Positions 36,040 to 48,930 of a stretch of DNA of 64,000 nt are shown here, one piece after another. Position 1 is the first letter of the stretch. Each line of letters begins with the position of its first letter. Origin of the DNA: Octopus vulgaris. Taxonomy: Eukaryota. The position numbers were made by a program, and so were the translations under genes. Where the stretch lies: contig OX597815.1 of the NCBI GenBank assembly GCA_951406725.2, positions 133,114,001 through 133,178,000 of the forward strand. Direction: 5' to 3'. The notes under the pieces were generated by a model that worked only from the letters and a program-made list of their open reading frames with translations, did not search any database and was not told the origin of the DNA.

Positions 36040-38775
36040 ACAGAAATTCTGATCCTTTGCGAAGGACCACAAGCTGATGTGGGATGACGTCAGCAGCTGA
36101 GGATCTGACCGGAACTTGGGGCTGACCGGAAGAGGAAGGGCGCAGGAGTGACGCGCGCGCAGGCAGGGGACAATTAGGCCTTTTCGATTGGAGTAACCGA
36201 CAGTGTTGGACGAGTGAGCGCTTCGACAAGGTAAGGGAAAAGCAGCTGCAATTTTTAGCGTTCGGGTCGGGCCACGTGGAAGGGTGCGTTACCGCCAGAG
36301 AGGTCTGCGTCGACGAAGAGAAGGTAGGTGTCTTTACTTCAAATCTCCCGCATACACCACAAGCTACTTCGGCGCTCCACATAAGACGTCACTACGATGG
36401 CAGCTAAAATCAGGATCGCCAGCGACGTTATCAGACCCTTTAATGGTGAGGGCGATATAGTGACCTGGATGCGTAAAATCAGGCTTGTGGCGAGATTGCA
36501 AGGCATTAGCGACGTGGCGAGCCTTATGGCGCTATATTTGGAAGGGAGCACGTTGACTCTATACCTCGAGATGGATGAAGAAAAACGTCTGAGTGAGGAG
36601 AAGATTGAGCAACGTCTGAGAGAAGCTTACACCGAATGTGAATATACAGCCTTTGTTAAGCTGGGAACGATTAGATGGACGGGAGAGCAGGTGGATGAAT
36701 ACGCGGCGGAGGTGCGTGGGCTGGCCACGCTGGCTGGGTTTACAGGAGAAGGCCTGGACAGAGCAGCGCGACTGGCGTTCGTAAGTGGGTTCCCTGACGA
36801 CGTAGGGATTCGACTGCAGCAATTGCCCGGGGGCAAAAAGATGACACTGTGTGAACTTGTGACTCAAGCCCGCGTGTTGACGCGAAACACTGGACGGAAG
36901 GCGATAGCGATGGCGGTAACGGAGGCGCATAAAGGCGGCCGACGGCCGGAGAAAGACGCGAAGAAGCCTACCGTGCAACGACAGCGGCCGTTGTCAGGCC
37001 GGTGATTTAAATGTCAGGGTCGCACATGGCGAGGGAGTGTACGCAACCGGGGCCCGTCTGCTATCGATGCAGGCAGACAGGGCACATCGCTCGTGATTGC
37101 GTCCAGGAAAACGACCGTGGGGAAGTTGCTGCCTCTCGAACTTTCCCCGCAAATGAGCAGAGGCGCTTTTGGAGACGCTGCCCTTAATTGATGTCGAGGC
37201 CCTAGTGGATACAAGTTGCACGACCACCCTCGTGACTTCAAAGGTGACGAAGAAATGGAATGGAGCAAGTAACGTCAGGGCGGTCAACGGCAGCGAAATC
37301 TGATGCAAACACAGCAGCAATGTAGAGATAGTGGTACGAGGCGCTAAGGTTGCAGGTAATTGTGGTTGAACGCCTGATAGACGGGGTTGATGTGGTGATG
37401 ACGCCTCGGTGGTGTCAGTATTGTAGGAGATGAGGTCACACGTTCGGAAGCGCGGGAGCGTCGTGTGCTGTGAGTCAGGATCGCCAGAGAAAGCACAGCC
37501 CTGCGAGGGACTGCGCCGCTTACACCATTGAGGACAAGGATTTTCAGGCGGCGTTCGATGGTCAGAGGTGGACGATAGAGTGGCGATGGAAAGACGAGCC
37601 CCCGATGCTGAAGAACAGGGTGAGCTGCTACCAGCGTACCCTGGAAAGTCACGCCAGGGTCGAGTTTGAAGACGAGGTAGAGAGGTGGATCGAGGAAGGG
37701 GTCCTTGTCCCTTGGGAGGAGGAGGTAGTTGGCGGAGTGCTACCTCTGATGGCGGTGGTGCAGCCGACGAGGGAAAAGTCAAACCGATGCTGGACTTTAG
37801 GGAGCTAAACGAGCATGTATTGTGCCACACGGGAGGCGAGGCGACGGACGTTTGTGGCGAGACGTTACGTGTGTGGAGACAGTCGACCAATGCAGCGGCG
37901 ATTGTCGACTTGAAATCGGCATACTTGCAGCTCCATGTGAGCGACAAACTGAGGCGATATCAGCTGGTGCGGTACAAGGGTCGGACGTACTATTTAACCA
38001 GGCTGGGTTTCGTACTGAATTTCGCTCCGAAGATAATGGCGGCGGTGCTTAAATCCGTCCAAGGGAAAGAGGACAAGATAAGAAAAGCCACCAGTTCCTA
38101 CACAGACGACATTTTGGTGGACGAAACTGTAGTGCCAGCCAACGAGGTAGTGAGACATCGGGAGAAGTTCGGACTGATTGCGAAGCCACCGGACTCTATG
38201 GAAGGGGGAGCTGCTCTAAAAGGCGTGGAGAAGCACCGAAAGGGATAGCTGCGGCGTGTCGGTTGGATGAACTGAAGAGACTGCACGTTATGCATCACTT
38301 GGGTGAGGACAGGACCCTGTATCTCGTGAAGATGATTGATGCTGATGTCAATAGGAGAAGCATCCGGAAAGTGGTCGGGAGCTGCGACAGGTGTCAGTCC
38401 ATTGACCCTACTCCGTGTGGGCATGAGCAAGGAAACCTTTCGGTGGAGCACAACTGGAAGAGGCTATCTGAGGCTAGATGTGGCGCACTACCGTCAGGGA
38501 ATGTATCTCTCCATGGTCGACTGCAGGCCTGACCGGCTGGCCATTTGGAGGGAGTAGAGGACAGGCATTGCTGACGAAATTGCGCAAATTTTGAACGGGA
38601 TATTTTTAGAGAGGGGTCCCGTGGAAGAACAGCTAATGGACAACGGGGCGGCATTTCGTTCGGAAGCGTTGAGGGATATGCTTGACCGGTGGAAAGTGTG
38701 TCGCTTGTTCAGAGCAGCGTATAGGCCGAGCGGTAACGGAATCGTAGAGAGGCACCACGTCTCAATGGAGCGTAG
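36040..38775 (+). mobile_element. Decayed Gypsy-like LTR retrotransposon internal region (gag, protease, RT, integrase); no LTR pair recognised
   Basis: Gag-like ORF 36397-37005; CYRCRQTGHIARDC knuckle; ALVDTSCTT protease; VDLKSAYLQL and YTDDILV RT; H-H-C-C plus MDNGAAF and PSGNGIVER integrase; many frameshifts; RNase H apparently deleted. Confidence 0.88.
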
Positions 38776-38869
38776 AACCAAGTATAAGAAAGTATGCCAT
38801 ATTTTATGTTTTTGTTCAGCTCAACATAGGAGTCATTCTATATCTTGAAAAATACGTGTATTTATTGCT

Positions 38870-39775
38870 TATGGGGGTCGCTTTATATTATATAGTGTTG
38901 AGTCAAAAGTTTTATATTTTAGTAACTTATTTGTTTTATTCATCAAATGACAACAAAACCATCCTAGCGCTCAAAGTAGATGCCATCGTATTACACAGTC
39001 TGAAACCACCTTTCTGCCGATGTTTTGATTCCCTTCGAGGCAAAGAACTCCTTAAATGAAGCTTCCACATCCTTTTGGTTGATGAAGTGTCGCGAGCTCA
39101 GGAAGTGAGCCATGGATCAGAACAAGCAATAATCCGAGGGAGCTAGGTTCGGACTAAATGCTGGGTGTAGTATTAGTTCAATTCCACCAAGTTTCTGTAG
39201 TTTATTCCAGGTCGCTCAAGCGGTATGTGGACTTGTTTTGTCTTGCTGCAGAAGAGCTCATTTTCTGTTAACGAATACCGGATATCTTTTTCCGCAAAAT
39301 GTCCAACATCCGTTGTTTGGATTGCAGGTTGGCATCCATGGTACGACCGTCCGGAACGAACTCGTATCGAATCATTCCCTCATAATTTTACCAGATGTAG
39401 AGCATCACCACATGTTCGAAACGTATATGTTTGGCAACCGGAAGCTCGCCTTTGCTTAACAACTGCTTATTTTGGGATTGCAGGAAAATATCTCCCTCGG
39501 ATTATCATTTTTCCCAATCCATGGCTCACTTCCTGCGCTTGCGACGCTTCATCAATGAAGATGGGGCAGAAGCCTCAGTAAAGGAGTTCTTCGCATTAAA
39601 GGACGAGAACTGGTATCAGTGTGGAACCAAACATCTAGCAGAAAGATGTCTCCAGATGGTGCAACACGATGGCCTCTACTTTGAATGTTAGGCTACTTTT
39701 GTTGTAACTCAACGAATAAAACAAAAAGTCACCAAACTATTGCGAAAATTATACAAAGTTTTTAGACACCCAATG
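38870..39775. mobile_element. Two mariner transposase 3' fragments in inverted arrangement
   Basis: Minus ~38965-39450 gives LLQQD...HPAFSPNLAPSDY...SMAHFL; plus ~39490-39691 gives SPSDYH...SMAHFL...DGLYFE; TIR-like end tttttagacacccaat. Confidence 0.75.
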
Positions 39776-39804
39776 CACAATGTTATCCATATATTATTGA
39801 TAAA

Positions 39805-40240
39805 AACCCGTAACAACCTGGCTACTGGTTTAAGCAAAACATGACATAGGAGTGGAAGTCTTCTTTTGTTCACAAAAGTTTCATAACAAATGAAATGAAG
39901 TCATTAAAAAATAAAATTCAATTAATGCTTAAAATTGTATGATAAGCTATTTCAGAATGATAACTGATCTTACGGCAATCGCTTATTGTTGAGACACCTG
40001 TTTTGATTCCAAAAGCGGTTAAGAATTCGACGCATAATAGAGCTACTATTGATTTGATGGTGTGATAGAGATTAACCTGGCGATATACTAAAGATTCAAC
40101 ATTGAATGGGCAAAGAGAATCAAACAGCAGAATGCTTAGCAATTTGTCCTTTTGTCCGAACATTTCAATAGCTCTTACAGGCCTATTAGTTCTTTCTCAA
40201 TCTTTTCTCTTCTCCTGTAAGTTTCTCTCTCTCTCTCTCA
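39805..40240. promoter_or_regulatory. Paralogous copy of the conserved upstream non-coding block, ending in a short (CT)n without a LINE
   Basis: Similarity to 9305-9670 including ttgagacacctgttttg. Confidence 0.45.
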
Positions 40241-40284
<44 letters not shown>

Positions 40285-40329
40285 GTGACTGCATGTGTGT
40301 ATGCAGATATTCAAGCAAGCAAACACGAC

Positions 40330-40670
40330 TTGGGTGTGGTTGTAAGAAGCCTGCTTCCCAACCACACGGTTCTGAGTTCAGTACCACTGCGAGGCACTTT
40401 GGACAAGTATTTTCTACTATAGCCGCGGGACAACCGAAGCTTTGTGAGTGGATTTGGTAGACGGAAACTGAAGGAAGCCTGTCGTATATGTATATATACA
40501 TGTGTGTGTGTGTGTGCATATATATATATGTATATATATATGTATGTATATGTGTATATATGTATGTATATATATGTATATATATGTATGTATGTATATA
40601 TATATGTATGTAAATGCATATATATATATGTATGTGTATATATATATATGTATATGTATATATGTATATG

Positions 40671-40701
<31 letters not shown>

Positions 40702-41220
40702 GTATGTATATATATGCATGTATGTATATATATATATATGTGTGTGTGTGTATGTATATATATGTATGTATATGTATATATGTATATCTATAAATATGTA
40801 TATATATATATATTTATGTATGTGTATGTATATGTATATATATATATGTATATGTATATGTATATATGTATATGTATATATATGTATATGTATATATATA
40901 TATGCATATGTATATGTATATAAATGTATATGTATACATATATGTATGTATATGTATATATATATGTGTATATATGCATATATATATATATGTATATGTA
41001 TATATATATACATGTATATGTATATATATGTGTGCATATATATATATGTATATATATATATATATGTATGCATATATATATGTCTATGTATGCATATATA
41101 TATGTCTATGTGTGTGTGTGTGTGTGTATGTGTGTGTGTGTGTGTGACTTTGTGCCTTGTGTTTGTCCCCGTCAAGCGTTCCGATAAAAGAAAACGCTAG
41201 TCTTACAAGGAATAACACCT
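40330..41220 (+). mobile_element. SINE family 2 with internal microsatellite expanded to ~650 bp
   Basis: 5' half 40330-40485, TA/TATG array to ~41145, then gtgtttgtcccc and a partial 3' half. Confidence 0.8.
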
Positions 41221-41229
41221 GATGTCAAT

Positions 41230-42492
41230 TTCTGCGAAAAAGAAAAACCCTTAGGGCGTCCTATCCTTATGGGAGGTAGCAGAGCAGGTGCTAAAAATTA
41301 TAGACTTGTCTCTCTAACCTCCCACATCTGCAAAGTCATAGAACGCATTGTCAGGAAGAAACTAATTGCGTTCCTTGAAGATAATGACTTGCTTCCTGGC
41401 ACGTAGTATGGCTTTCGCTTGGGAAGAGCTGCCTTACACAACATTTGCAGCTCTATAACTAAGTGTTGAAACGGTTAATGAATCGCACAAATGTTGATGT
41501 GGTATATCTTGACTTTGCAAAGGCCTTTGATAAGGTTGATCATGGGATGATATGTCAAAAGCTTCGGAGACTCAGCATAACCGGGTAACTCGGAGAGTGG
41601 TTGCATGACTTCTTAAAAGACAGAAGCAAGGTTGTAGCAGCCACCGGAGTCCCCTCCATGGAGACAGTAATAGAGAGTGGAGTGCTTCAGGGAACTGTAC
41701 TGAGGCCGCTGCTGTTCATGGTGGTTCTGTCAGACATGCCATCAGTTACACAGACAGCCACTCTTACTAGCTATGTCGACGACACAAAAGTAGTAGAAGC
41801 AGTCAAGGAACCTTCTGACGTTAATCTACAGAAAGACCTAGATACCATATATACAAAGGCTGAGAAAAACAACATGAAATTCAATGCAGGCAAATTCTCA
41901 GCTGTGGTTACCCTACAGCGTGAGGTTCAGCGATGTTACACAATGAAAATTGTATCAAGGGAATAGCTAAGCTACTGGGAGAGACTAAAAGAGCTACGAC
42001 TCTACTCTCTGGAGCAAAGACGGATGAGTGATACGTGTGTGGAAGACACACATATATGTGTGGAAAGTATGCAATGCTATATGTGTGGAAGATATTGGAG
42101 GGGCTGGCACTAAAGTTTGGAATCGAGAGTTATACCACCTTGAATTGGACGTCCCTGCACTGTTCTAAAGGTCCCAGCTGTCCCATCTAGAGTGAGGACC
42201 ATGTACTGCAATACCATGGGATTCAAGAGCCCAAGGATATTTAACGCCTTGCCACAACATCTGAGGGATGGATTTCCATGGAGTTGGAGTAGATGTTTTC
42301 AAGAAACAACTTGATCTTTTGTTATCCAAGATCCCACATGAACCAATATCAAGGTGGAAAACTCAAAAGAGGGTAGCAGTGTCGAACTCCCTTCTTCACC
42401 AAAAGCCAATCACTTAAAACTAGCCATTTAAAAGGTGATAACACTAATGGGGCCCCAGCATGGCCACGTTCTTAGAGCTGAATTATAGAAAA
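41230..42492 (+). mobile_element. 5'-truncated CR1-group LINE (RT and 3' tail), decayed
   Basis: NYRLVSLTSHICK, YLDFAKAFDKVDH, SGVLQGTVLRPLLF, YVDDTK, LYSLEQRR; tail ccagcatggcc...aaagaataaaagg. Confidence 0.85.
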
Positions 42493-42526
42493 GAATAAAA
42501 GGGTATATATATGCATATATATGTAC

Positions 42527-42570
<44 letters not shown>

Positions 42571-42620
42571 CAAGGTATAAATAATGGCCATTGCATATTT
42601 TCCTTTATTAGAGCAAATTT

Positions 42621-42734
42621 GGCTTACAGCTGTTTCCAGTAGTCATTATACTGATAGGTTTACTTAATTGGGCTATTGATCAGTTGAGAAAATTTTAACT
42701 ACCTAAAAAAATTAACTCTACCTTCATCAGAGCC
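42621..42734 (-). ncRNA. Type I hammerhead motif, intact core, long stem II
   Basis: ggct CTGATGA a-GGTAG...CTACT-g GAAA CAGCTG TA agcc. Confidence 0.7.
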
Positions 42735-42755
42735 CTTTCTGGTTATAACACACAC

Positions 42756-42786
<31 letters not shown>

Positions 42787-42842
42787 GTCGAGTGTATTGG
42801 TATTAATGTGGTAACATCTGAAATGTTGTCGTGGTATATGTT

Positions 42843-42914
42843 TGGCTGATGAAGATAGATCAAGTATATGTGTGCAGGCATATCTCGAAAAATCTGAAAC
42901 CGGCTCCGGTCCCA
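42843..42914 (+). ncRNA. Type I hammerhead ribozyme, canonical core, GUC site
   Basis: tgg CTGATGA AGAT...ATCT GAAA CCGG ct CCGG TC cca; stem I extends atg/cat after a bulge; predicted cleavage after 42911. Confidence 0.8.
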
Positions 42915-43101
42915 CATTATCCTTTTCTAGGTATTTCATCTTTCAGATGTTCTCCCTGGAGGTAAGACAATGTTTTTCAAGTTTGTTGCACTCACGCATT
43001 TTTGGTAGTACATACGCGGTGAAGCTATACATTAGCGTCGTATTATTACGTTCGCTATTTCCAGTAAATATCGGTACTTTGTTGTGCCATATATTTACTT
43101 C

Positions 43102-43134
<33 letters not shown>

Positions 43135-43136
<2 letters not shown>

Positions 43137-44400
43137 TCTTTTACTCGTTTCGGCCATGCGGCTGCGATCATGTTGGAACACCACCGTGGTCTTTCTAATT
43201 TCCTCAGTCTGGGGTGTTTCACATCACCACTCCTGCATGTGCCTTTGTCCCAAATGTTGGCCCATTTGGTGTATAAGCGAGTTTGTTTCTGTTGCCCTCG
43301 TCTGTACCTCATGTCGGGCTGTTGGTTCATCCAGTATTGTGGAGAGGAGGATGTCTAATTCCTTTTTGAAGATATACTTCCACCTTATTCAGATTTCTTA
43401 ATTTTTTTGACAGGGCATTGAAGAGCTGGGGGCCTTTGAAACCTAGACTATTGTAGTACCTGGTCCTGAATTTAGATGGAGTGGATGGTACCTCTGGTAC
43501 ATTATAATGGCGGCTAGTTCTGGTATTTGTATAACTTTCAATGCCGAACTTAGGTACTAGCCCTTCTAGAGTTTTCCATATGTAGATTATTGCATATCTC
43601 TCGCGCCTTCGCTCCAGAGAGTAAAGTTGCAATTTTCTCAGCCTATCCTTGTAGCTCATCCGCAGCACTGTTTCAATCTTTTTAGTGTCGTGGCGTTGGA
43701 CTGTGTTCAGCTCCGCTGTTAGTTTGGCACTATGTGGTGACCAAAACTAGGAGCAGCAGTCCAGGCGGTTGAGAACAAAGGTTCTCCACAGGGTCTACAT
43801 AGTTTCTTGGTCTCTTGTCTTGAAGGACCTCAGTATCCATCCTGCCAGGTGTCTGCACTTTACTGCCATTTTGGTAATGTAGATATAAAATGATGCGTCA
43901 TCGCTTATACTGATCCCCAAGTCTTTCACTGCCTGTGGCTCTGGGATTGTAGTGCCTTTGGGTCCTGTACATCCAGGCTGTGGTGCATTCGTGAGTTGAT
44001 AGTGCAGTGCCGGAAATTTTCAAGCATTAAAATGCATGTTGTTTATTTCGGCCCACTTGTATATCGAACTCTGGTCCCGCTGTAAGCAAGTGACGTCATC
44101 TTGATTTTTTTATTGCCTGTGATAATTTTATATCATCGGCATAGCTAGTAACAGTGGTTGTCCGAGTGATCGTGGGCATGTCTATTATGAACAGTAATGA
44201 CCCCAGAACAGTTCCCCTGGGAGATGCCACTTAGGATTTGAGTATCCTCATAAAGGGCACCATTGGCTGCAACTACCTGACTTCTGTCTTTAAGGAAGTC
44301 ATGCGGACACACTCAGTTTACCAGCAATGGCAAGGTCTCGTAGCTTATGACATATCATACCGTGATCTACCTTATCAAATGCCTTTGCAAAGTCAAGATA
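43135..44400 (-). mobile_element. 5'-truncated CR1-group LINE, tail-to-tail with the previous one
   Basis: QGTVLG, YADD, KDLGI, LQLYSLERRRERYAIIYIWK; tail ccaacatgatcgc...ggccgaaacgagtaaaagag. Confidence 0.85.
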
Positions 44401-44664
44401 TATCCCTATTCGTTACTCTGATAGCGTCCTCAAACAATGCGTTCCTCTTCTCCCCTCTTAATTCCCTCTTTTTTTCGTTAGCTGTTACGTTTAGGGTCCT
44501 TCTTACTTTTTTTCTTTACCCCTCCCTACGTTTAAGATATCTCTCTTGTCTGTTATAACTGACTTCTATATGTATACACCAAGAGATTTTCGTACGCAGG
44601 CATGGTTGCGTGCATATATGTATATGTGTATTTGTGTGTATATTTATGTCTTACATATATATGC

Positions 44665-44698
<34 letters not shown>

Positions 44699-44789
44699 CT
44701 ATGTGCATACATCTGTGTATTTTGATGTATATATGTATATTATAGATGGTCTAGTATGAGTATATACTGTTGTAAAATATTTATGTAAT

Positions 44790-45121
44790 GCAACGTGAAA
44801 ATTTTGATTTTAATTTTAATGCATTAATTGACTTATATTTCGTATATAATTATTTACAATATGTATTTTGATTCTACTCTGCGATTTAGGTTTTCTACGA
44901 TTTTATAATAGAATGAATTTATATTGAATTCATTTATTTTGTTCATTGCATGCTTCAGACCGTTAATTGAAAGGACCAATGAAACAAATCCATTTTTAAA
45001 AGGAATCCTTTAATTAGTTTTGATTATATCGTTATTTCTGTTCCACTTTAACAAAGCTGTCCGGCGAACGGGAACATGAAACTCTGAGTAACAGTTTTTT
45101 TTTCTACTGCTTTTCAATAAA

Positions 45122-45125
<4 letters not shown>
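44790..45125. repeat. Unclassified (TA)n-associated repeat; related copy at ~47330-47615
   Basis: Shared gatttagg, ttgaaaggaccaa-gaaacaaa, ctgtccg, gtaacagttttt and ctgctttt-aataaag blocks. Confidence 0.6.
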
Positions 45126-45206
<81 letters not shown>

Positions 45207-45621
45207 AAGCTCACCTCATTGAAAAAATATAAAGTAAAACCTAACCACTAGTAACATTATATTCCTTCTAAACCAAATTATGTTAAATTAATAAAACCTA
45301 GTCAGTCCCAACATTTTTTATTATCTCCCTTATACCGGAAAAAATCCCTGATTACTTTCCCCTGTCTGGAACTCCATAACTCACAACATAGCGAAGACAA
45401 GACACGGTATAGGTAACAAAATTTGAGAAATTTGAAAAGAAAATACAACACCGGTTATTTCTCCAAAAACAATGTTTCTATACGTAAAATTTTGTAGCAT
45501 TTTTCTAACAACGATTTAAATACATTCTTTAACCATATAACACAAGCCTTCTGTAGTTTATTTACTCTTTTTTGTCTTTTATACAACCAAACACGTGCTT
45601 TCACATACAAACTCTCTCACC

Positions 45622-45656
<35 letters not shown>

Positions 45657-45776
45657 GAGTGTATTTTTACCTTGTTAACAATTAACACGGAAAAAATATT
45701 AATAGCGTTCTGTCAATCGCTATACAAATCCATCATTTTTTGCTAAAATGTCTTATTGACGAGTTTCGCTTTTTTC

Positions 45777-45849
45777 ACTTTCCCGAAGAGAAGATTACAT
45801 TGTTTATACCATTTATTCTTTTGGAATTTTCGCAACATGTGTCGAAAGT
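45777..45849 (+). ncRNA. Decayed hammerhead motif (U4C and A13C)
   Basis: actttc CCGAAGA GAAGAT...ATTTTC GCAA CA tg TG TC gaaagt; all stems pair but two core positions differ. Confidence 0.5.
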
Positions 45850-45891
45850 AGAAATATTTGATTTACACCTGCGTTAAACTCCATTTATTTA

Positions 45892-45937
<46 letters not shown>

Positions 45938-45943
45938 CATACA

Positions 45944-45976
<33 letters not shown>

Positions 45977-45977
<1 letters not shown>

Positions 45978-46196
45978 GGGGTAGAAGTGGCTGTGTGGCA
46001 AGTAGCTTGCTTACCAGCCACATGGTTCCGGGTTCAGTCCCACTGCGTGGCACCTTGGGCAAGTGTCTTGTACTGTAGCCTCGGGCCGACCAAAGCCTTG
46101 TGAGTGGATTTGGTAGGCGTAAACTGAAAGAAGCCCGTCGTATATATGTATATGCGTGTGTGTGTGTGTGTGTGTATGTGTGTGTGTGTGTGTGTA
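45977..46196 (+). mobile_element. SINE family 2, 5' half, followed by a Tc1 element at its internal microsatellite
   Basis: gtggctgtgtggcaagtagcttgc...ccttgggcaagtgtctt...gaagcccgtcg(TG)n. Confidence 0.85.
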
Positions 46197-46198
46197 TA

Positions 46199-47125
46199 CA
46201 GGGATTGGACGAATTAATGGAAACACCTAACATCATAGCATCATAATTTTGAAATACCTATAAAACCGTCAAAAGCTTGTTTACTTTTATGTTTTTTTTT
46301 TATTTATTATTAATGTTGCTTAATATGTTTTGCTATATAATTGCTGTTTCTTTTCAAATATCATCAGAAAAAGGTAATTAAAATGACAGATCTATCATAC
46401 TTCCAAAGAGGTTCAACTGCTCATGCTCGTATGGCACGCGCTAGCGTAACGAAAACAGCCGAAATGTTTGATGTATCAAGAAGTACTGTCTCGAAAGTAT
46501 TGACAGCTTTTAAGAAAGAGGAAAAAACCTCCCCGTCGAAACAAAACTCCAGAAGAAAACCAAAACTTTCAGATATGGACCGTCGGACCCTTACGCGAAT
46601 TGTTAAAAAGGATCATAAAAGTACAGCTCCCAAAATTACTGCAGAGCTTAATGACCACCTCGAGAACCCACTTTCCCCAAAAACTGTTCGACGAGAGCTG
46701 CACAAAGTTGGATTTCATAAGAGGGCTGCAATCAGAAAGCCACTACTTTCAAAAACAAACGTTGCAAAGCGTTTAGAGCGGAGTAAAAATCTACAGAATT
46801 GGTCCCTAGTGTAGTGGAAGAATGTTATTTTATCAGACGAGTCATCTTTACCTTATTTCCGACCACTGGCTGAGTATACGTGTGGAGAAGTATTTGATCC
46901 AGACTGCCTGGATCGGTGATAATCTGGTGGGCTATATCTTGGAAATCCGCCGACCCAATGGTTTCCTTTCATGGCAGAATAAATAGTCAAGACTATTTAA
47001 GCATTTTATCTGGTCAAATTCATCCTATGGTTGTGGAACTGTTTCCGGAGTGAAACGCAATCTTTCAGGGTGATAATGCACCAATTCTCACAGCTAAAGG
47101 AGGAACATTCTATTGAAGTTGAACA
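46199..47125 (+). mobile_element. Tc1-like transposon, 3'-truncated, transposase disrupted
   Basis: TA then TIR cagggattggacgaattaatggaaacacc; ATG 46383 MTDLSYFQRG...VSRSTVSKV HTH...RKPLL; in-frame stop at 46812; ILSDES and DNAP motifs downstream. Confidence 0.88.
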
Positions 47126-47691
47126 TACATATATATGCATTTGTATATATTTATGTCTTGCCTATATATGTCTATATATGTATGTAACCATGTATCTGCG
47201 TCTGTATGTTTAGTGTATATACGTATATCATAGATTGTTTGGTATGTGTATATATTGGTAAATGTATATGTAATCTAGCGCGAATTTTTTTTTAACGGAT
47301 ATATCTTTTAATTTATTAATTTATTAATATTTTACAGCTAATTATTTACCCTGGGTATTCATGCCTTTTCCTTCTTTATAAGCTATTTTTGATTTAGGGC
47401 TTTCTTCGATTTTTATAATAATATGATTTTAAACCGCAATTTGTTATTGAAAAGATGATAGTTGAAAGGACCAACGAAACAAAACTATTTTCAAATGTGT
47501 GTCTATCAAAGCAATTGTATTTCTGCATATAACTTTACTTTGCTCCATTTTAAACAAAACTGTCCGACTGGGTAACAGTTTTTGTGATATTTTTGCTGCT
47601 TTTTAATAAAGCATATTATTCTACCTCTGGTATACGAGTACTATTTTTTCCACCTTGTTTTGCCTTTATGTGCTTACTCTTGTATGTATAA

Positions 47692-47729
<38 letters not shown>

Positions 47730-47802
47730 GTACGTACATACATAAATACATATATATAATATATATATATATGTGTGTGTGTGTTCGTACATACATAAAT
47801 AC

Positions 47803-47853
<51 letters not shown>

Positions 47854-47964
47854 CATACATACATACATACATACATACATACATACATACATACATACAT
47901 ACATACATTGTTTGTGTGTGTTTGTGTATACACATACATGTATATAGATAACATATATATTCTT

Positions 47965-48002
<38 letters not shown>

Positions 48003-48075
48003 GTGAATTTCATTACAAACAACATGAACCAAATTTCTTCTTAAGAAAAAATATATATTCATATAAATTAAACAT

Positions 48076-48112
48076 TATATCATGAATAGCGATTGCGAAA
48101 CCGGTCGATATA
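48076..48112 (+). ncRNA. Minimal type I hammerhead with A3-U8 core pair
   Basis: tatatc ATGAATA GC gatt GC GAAA CCGG TC gatata; 6-bp perfect stem I, 2-3 bp stem II, palindromic stem III, GUC site. Confidence 0.65.
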
Positions 48113-48164
48113 TTAAAAATTATATTATAACCATGTAAGTGTGCGTATTTTCCTTTTTTAATTT

Positions 48165-48278
<114 letters not shown>

Positions 48279-48704
48279 TATATATATATATGTATGTATG
48301 TATATATATATATATGACATATCTATTTTTATGTATATGTTTTAATCTGAATTGGAAAATTTAGTTCTTATGAAGAGGTTAAGGTTCTCTTAATATTAGA
48401 TTGATTCTGTTTCTGAACTTAAGTTTCGTTTGCCCTATGGTTGTCATTTGCTTCTTGGTATTCTTATGTTTTTCGAATGGTTCACTGCCATATCTGCATT
48501 CACAAATGTAGACACTAATTTTTTGAACTATTCTTGAGTCTAGCCTCAATAATGAAATGCTTTGAAGGTTATTGATGTATATTACTGTATTCCAAAACCC
48601 AAGTAAGGTATCTTATATATATATATATATATACACATATATGGTTTAATTTGGGAGAATATTTGCAACTATCTTTCACAAAAGAATGGCGTAAATATTT
48701 CTAA

Positions 48705-48930
48705 CAAACGAATGGTTCGGGTATTGGACTCATAATTATGGGATTGTGGTTTCAATTCCAGGAGCGGTCGACGTGTTGTGTTCTTGAGCAAAACACTTCC
48801 TTTCACGATGCTCCAATCCACTGAATTGGCAGACATAAGTAATCTTGTGACTGACCGGTGTCCTGTCCAAGGAGGAAAATATACACCAGGGAAACCGGGA
48901 AAGTATCCCTATGCTTCTTACGGACTAACG
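48705..48930 (+). mobile_element. Old CORE-like SINE
   Basis: tggtttcaattcc B-box-like, then gtgttcttgagcaaaacactt. Confidence 0.55.
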
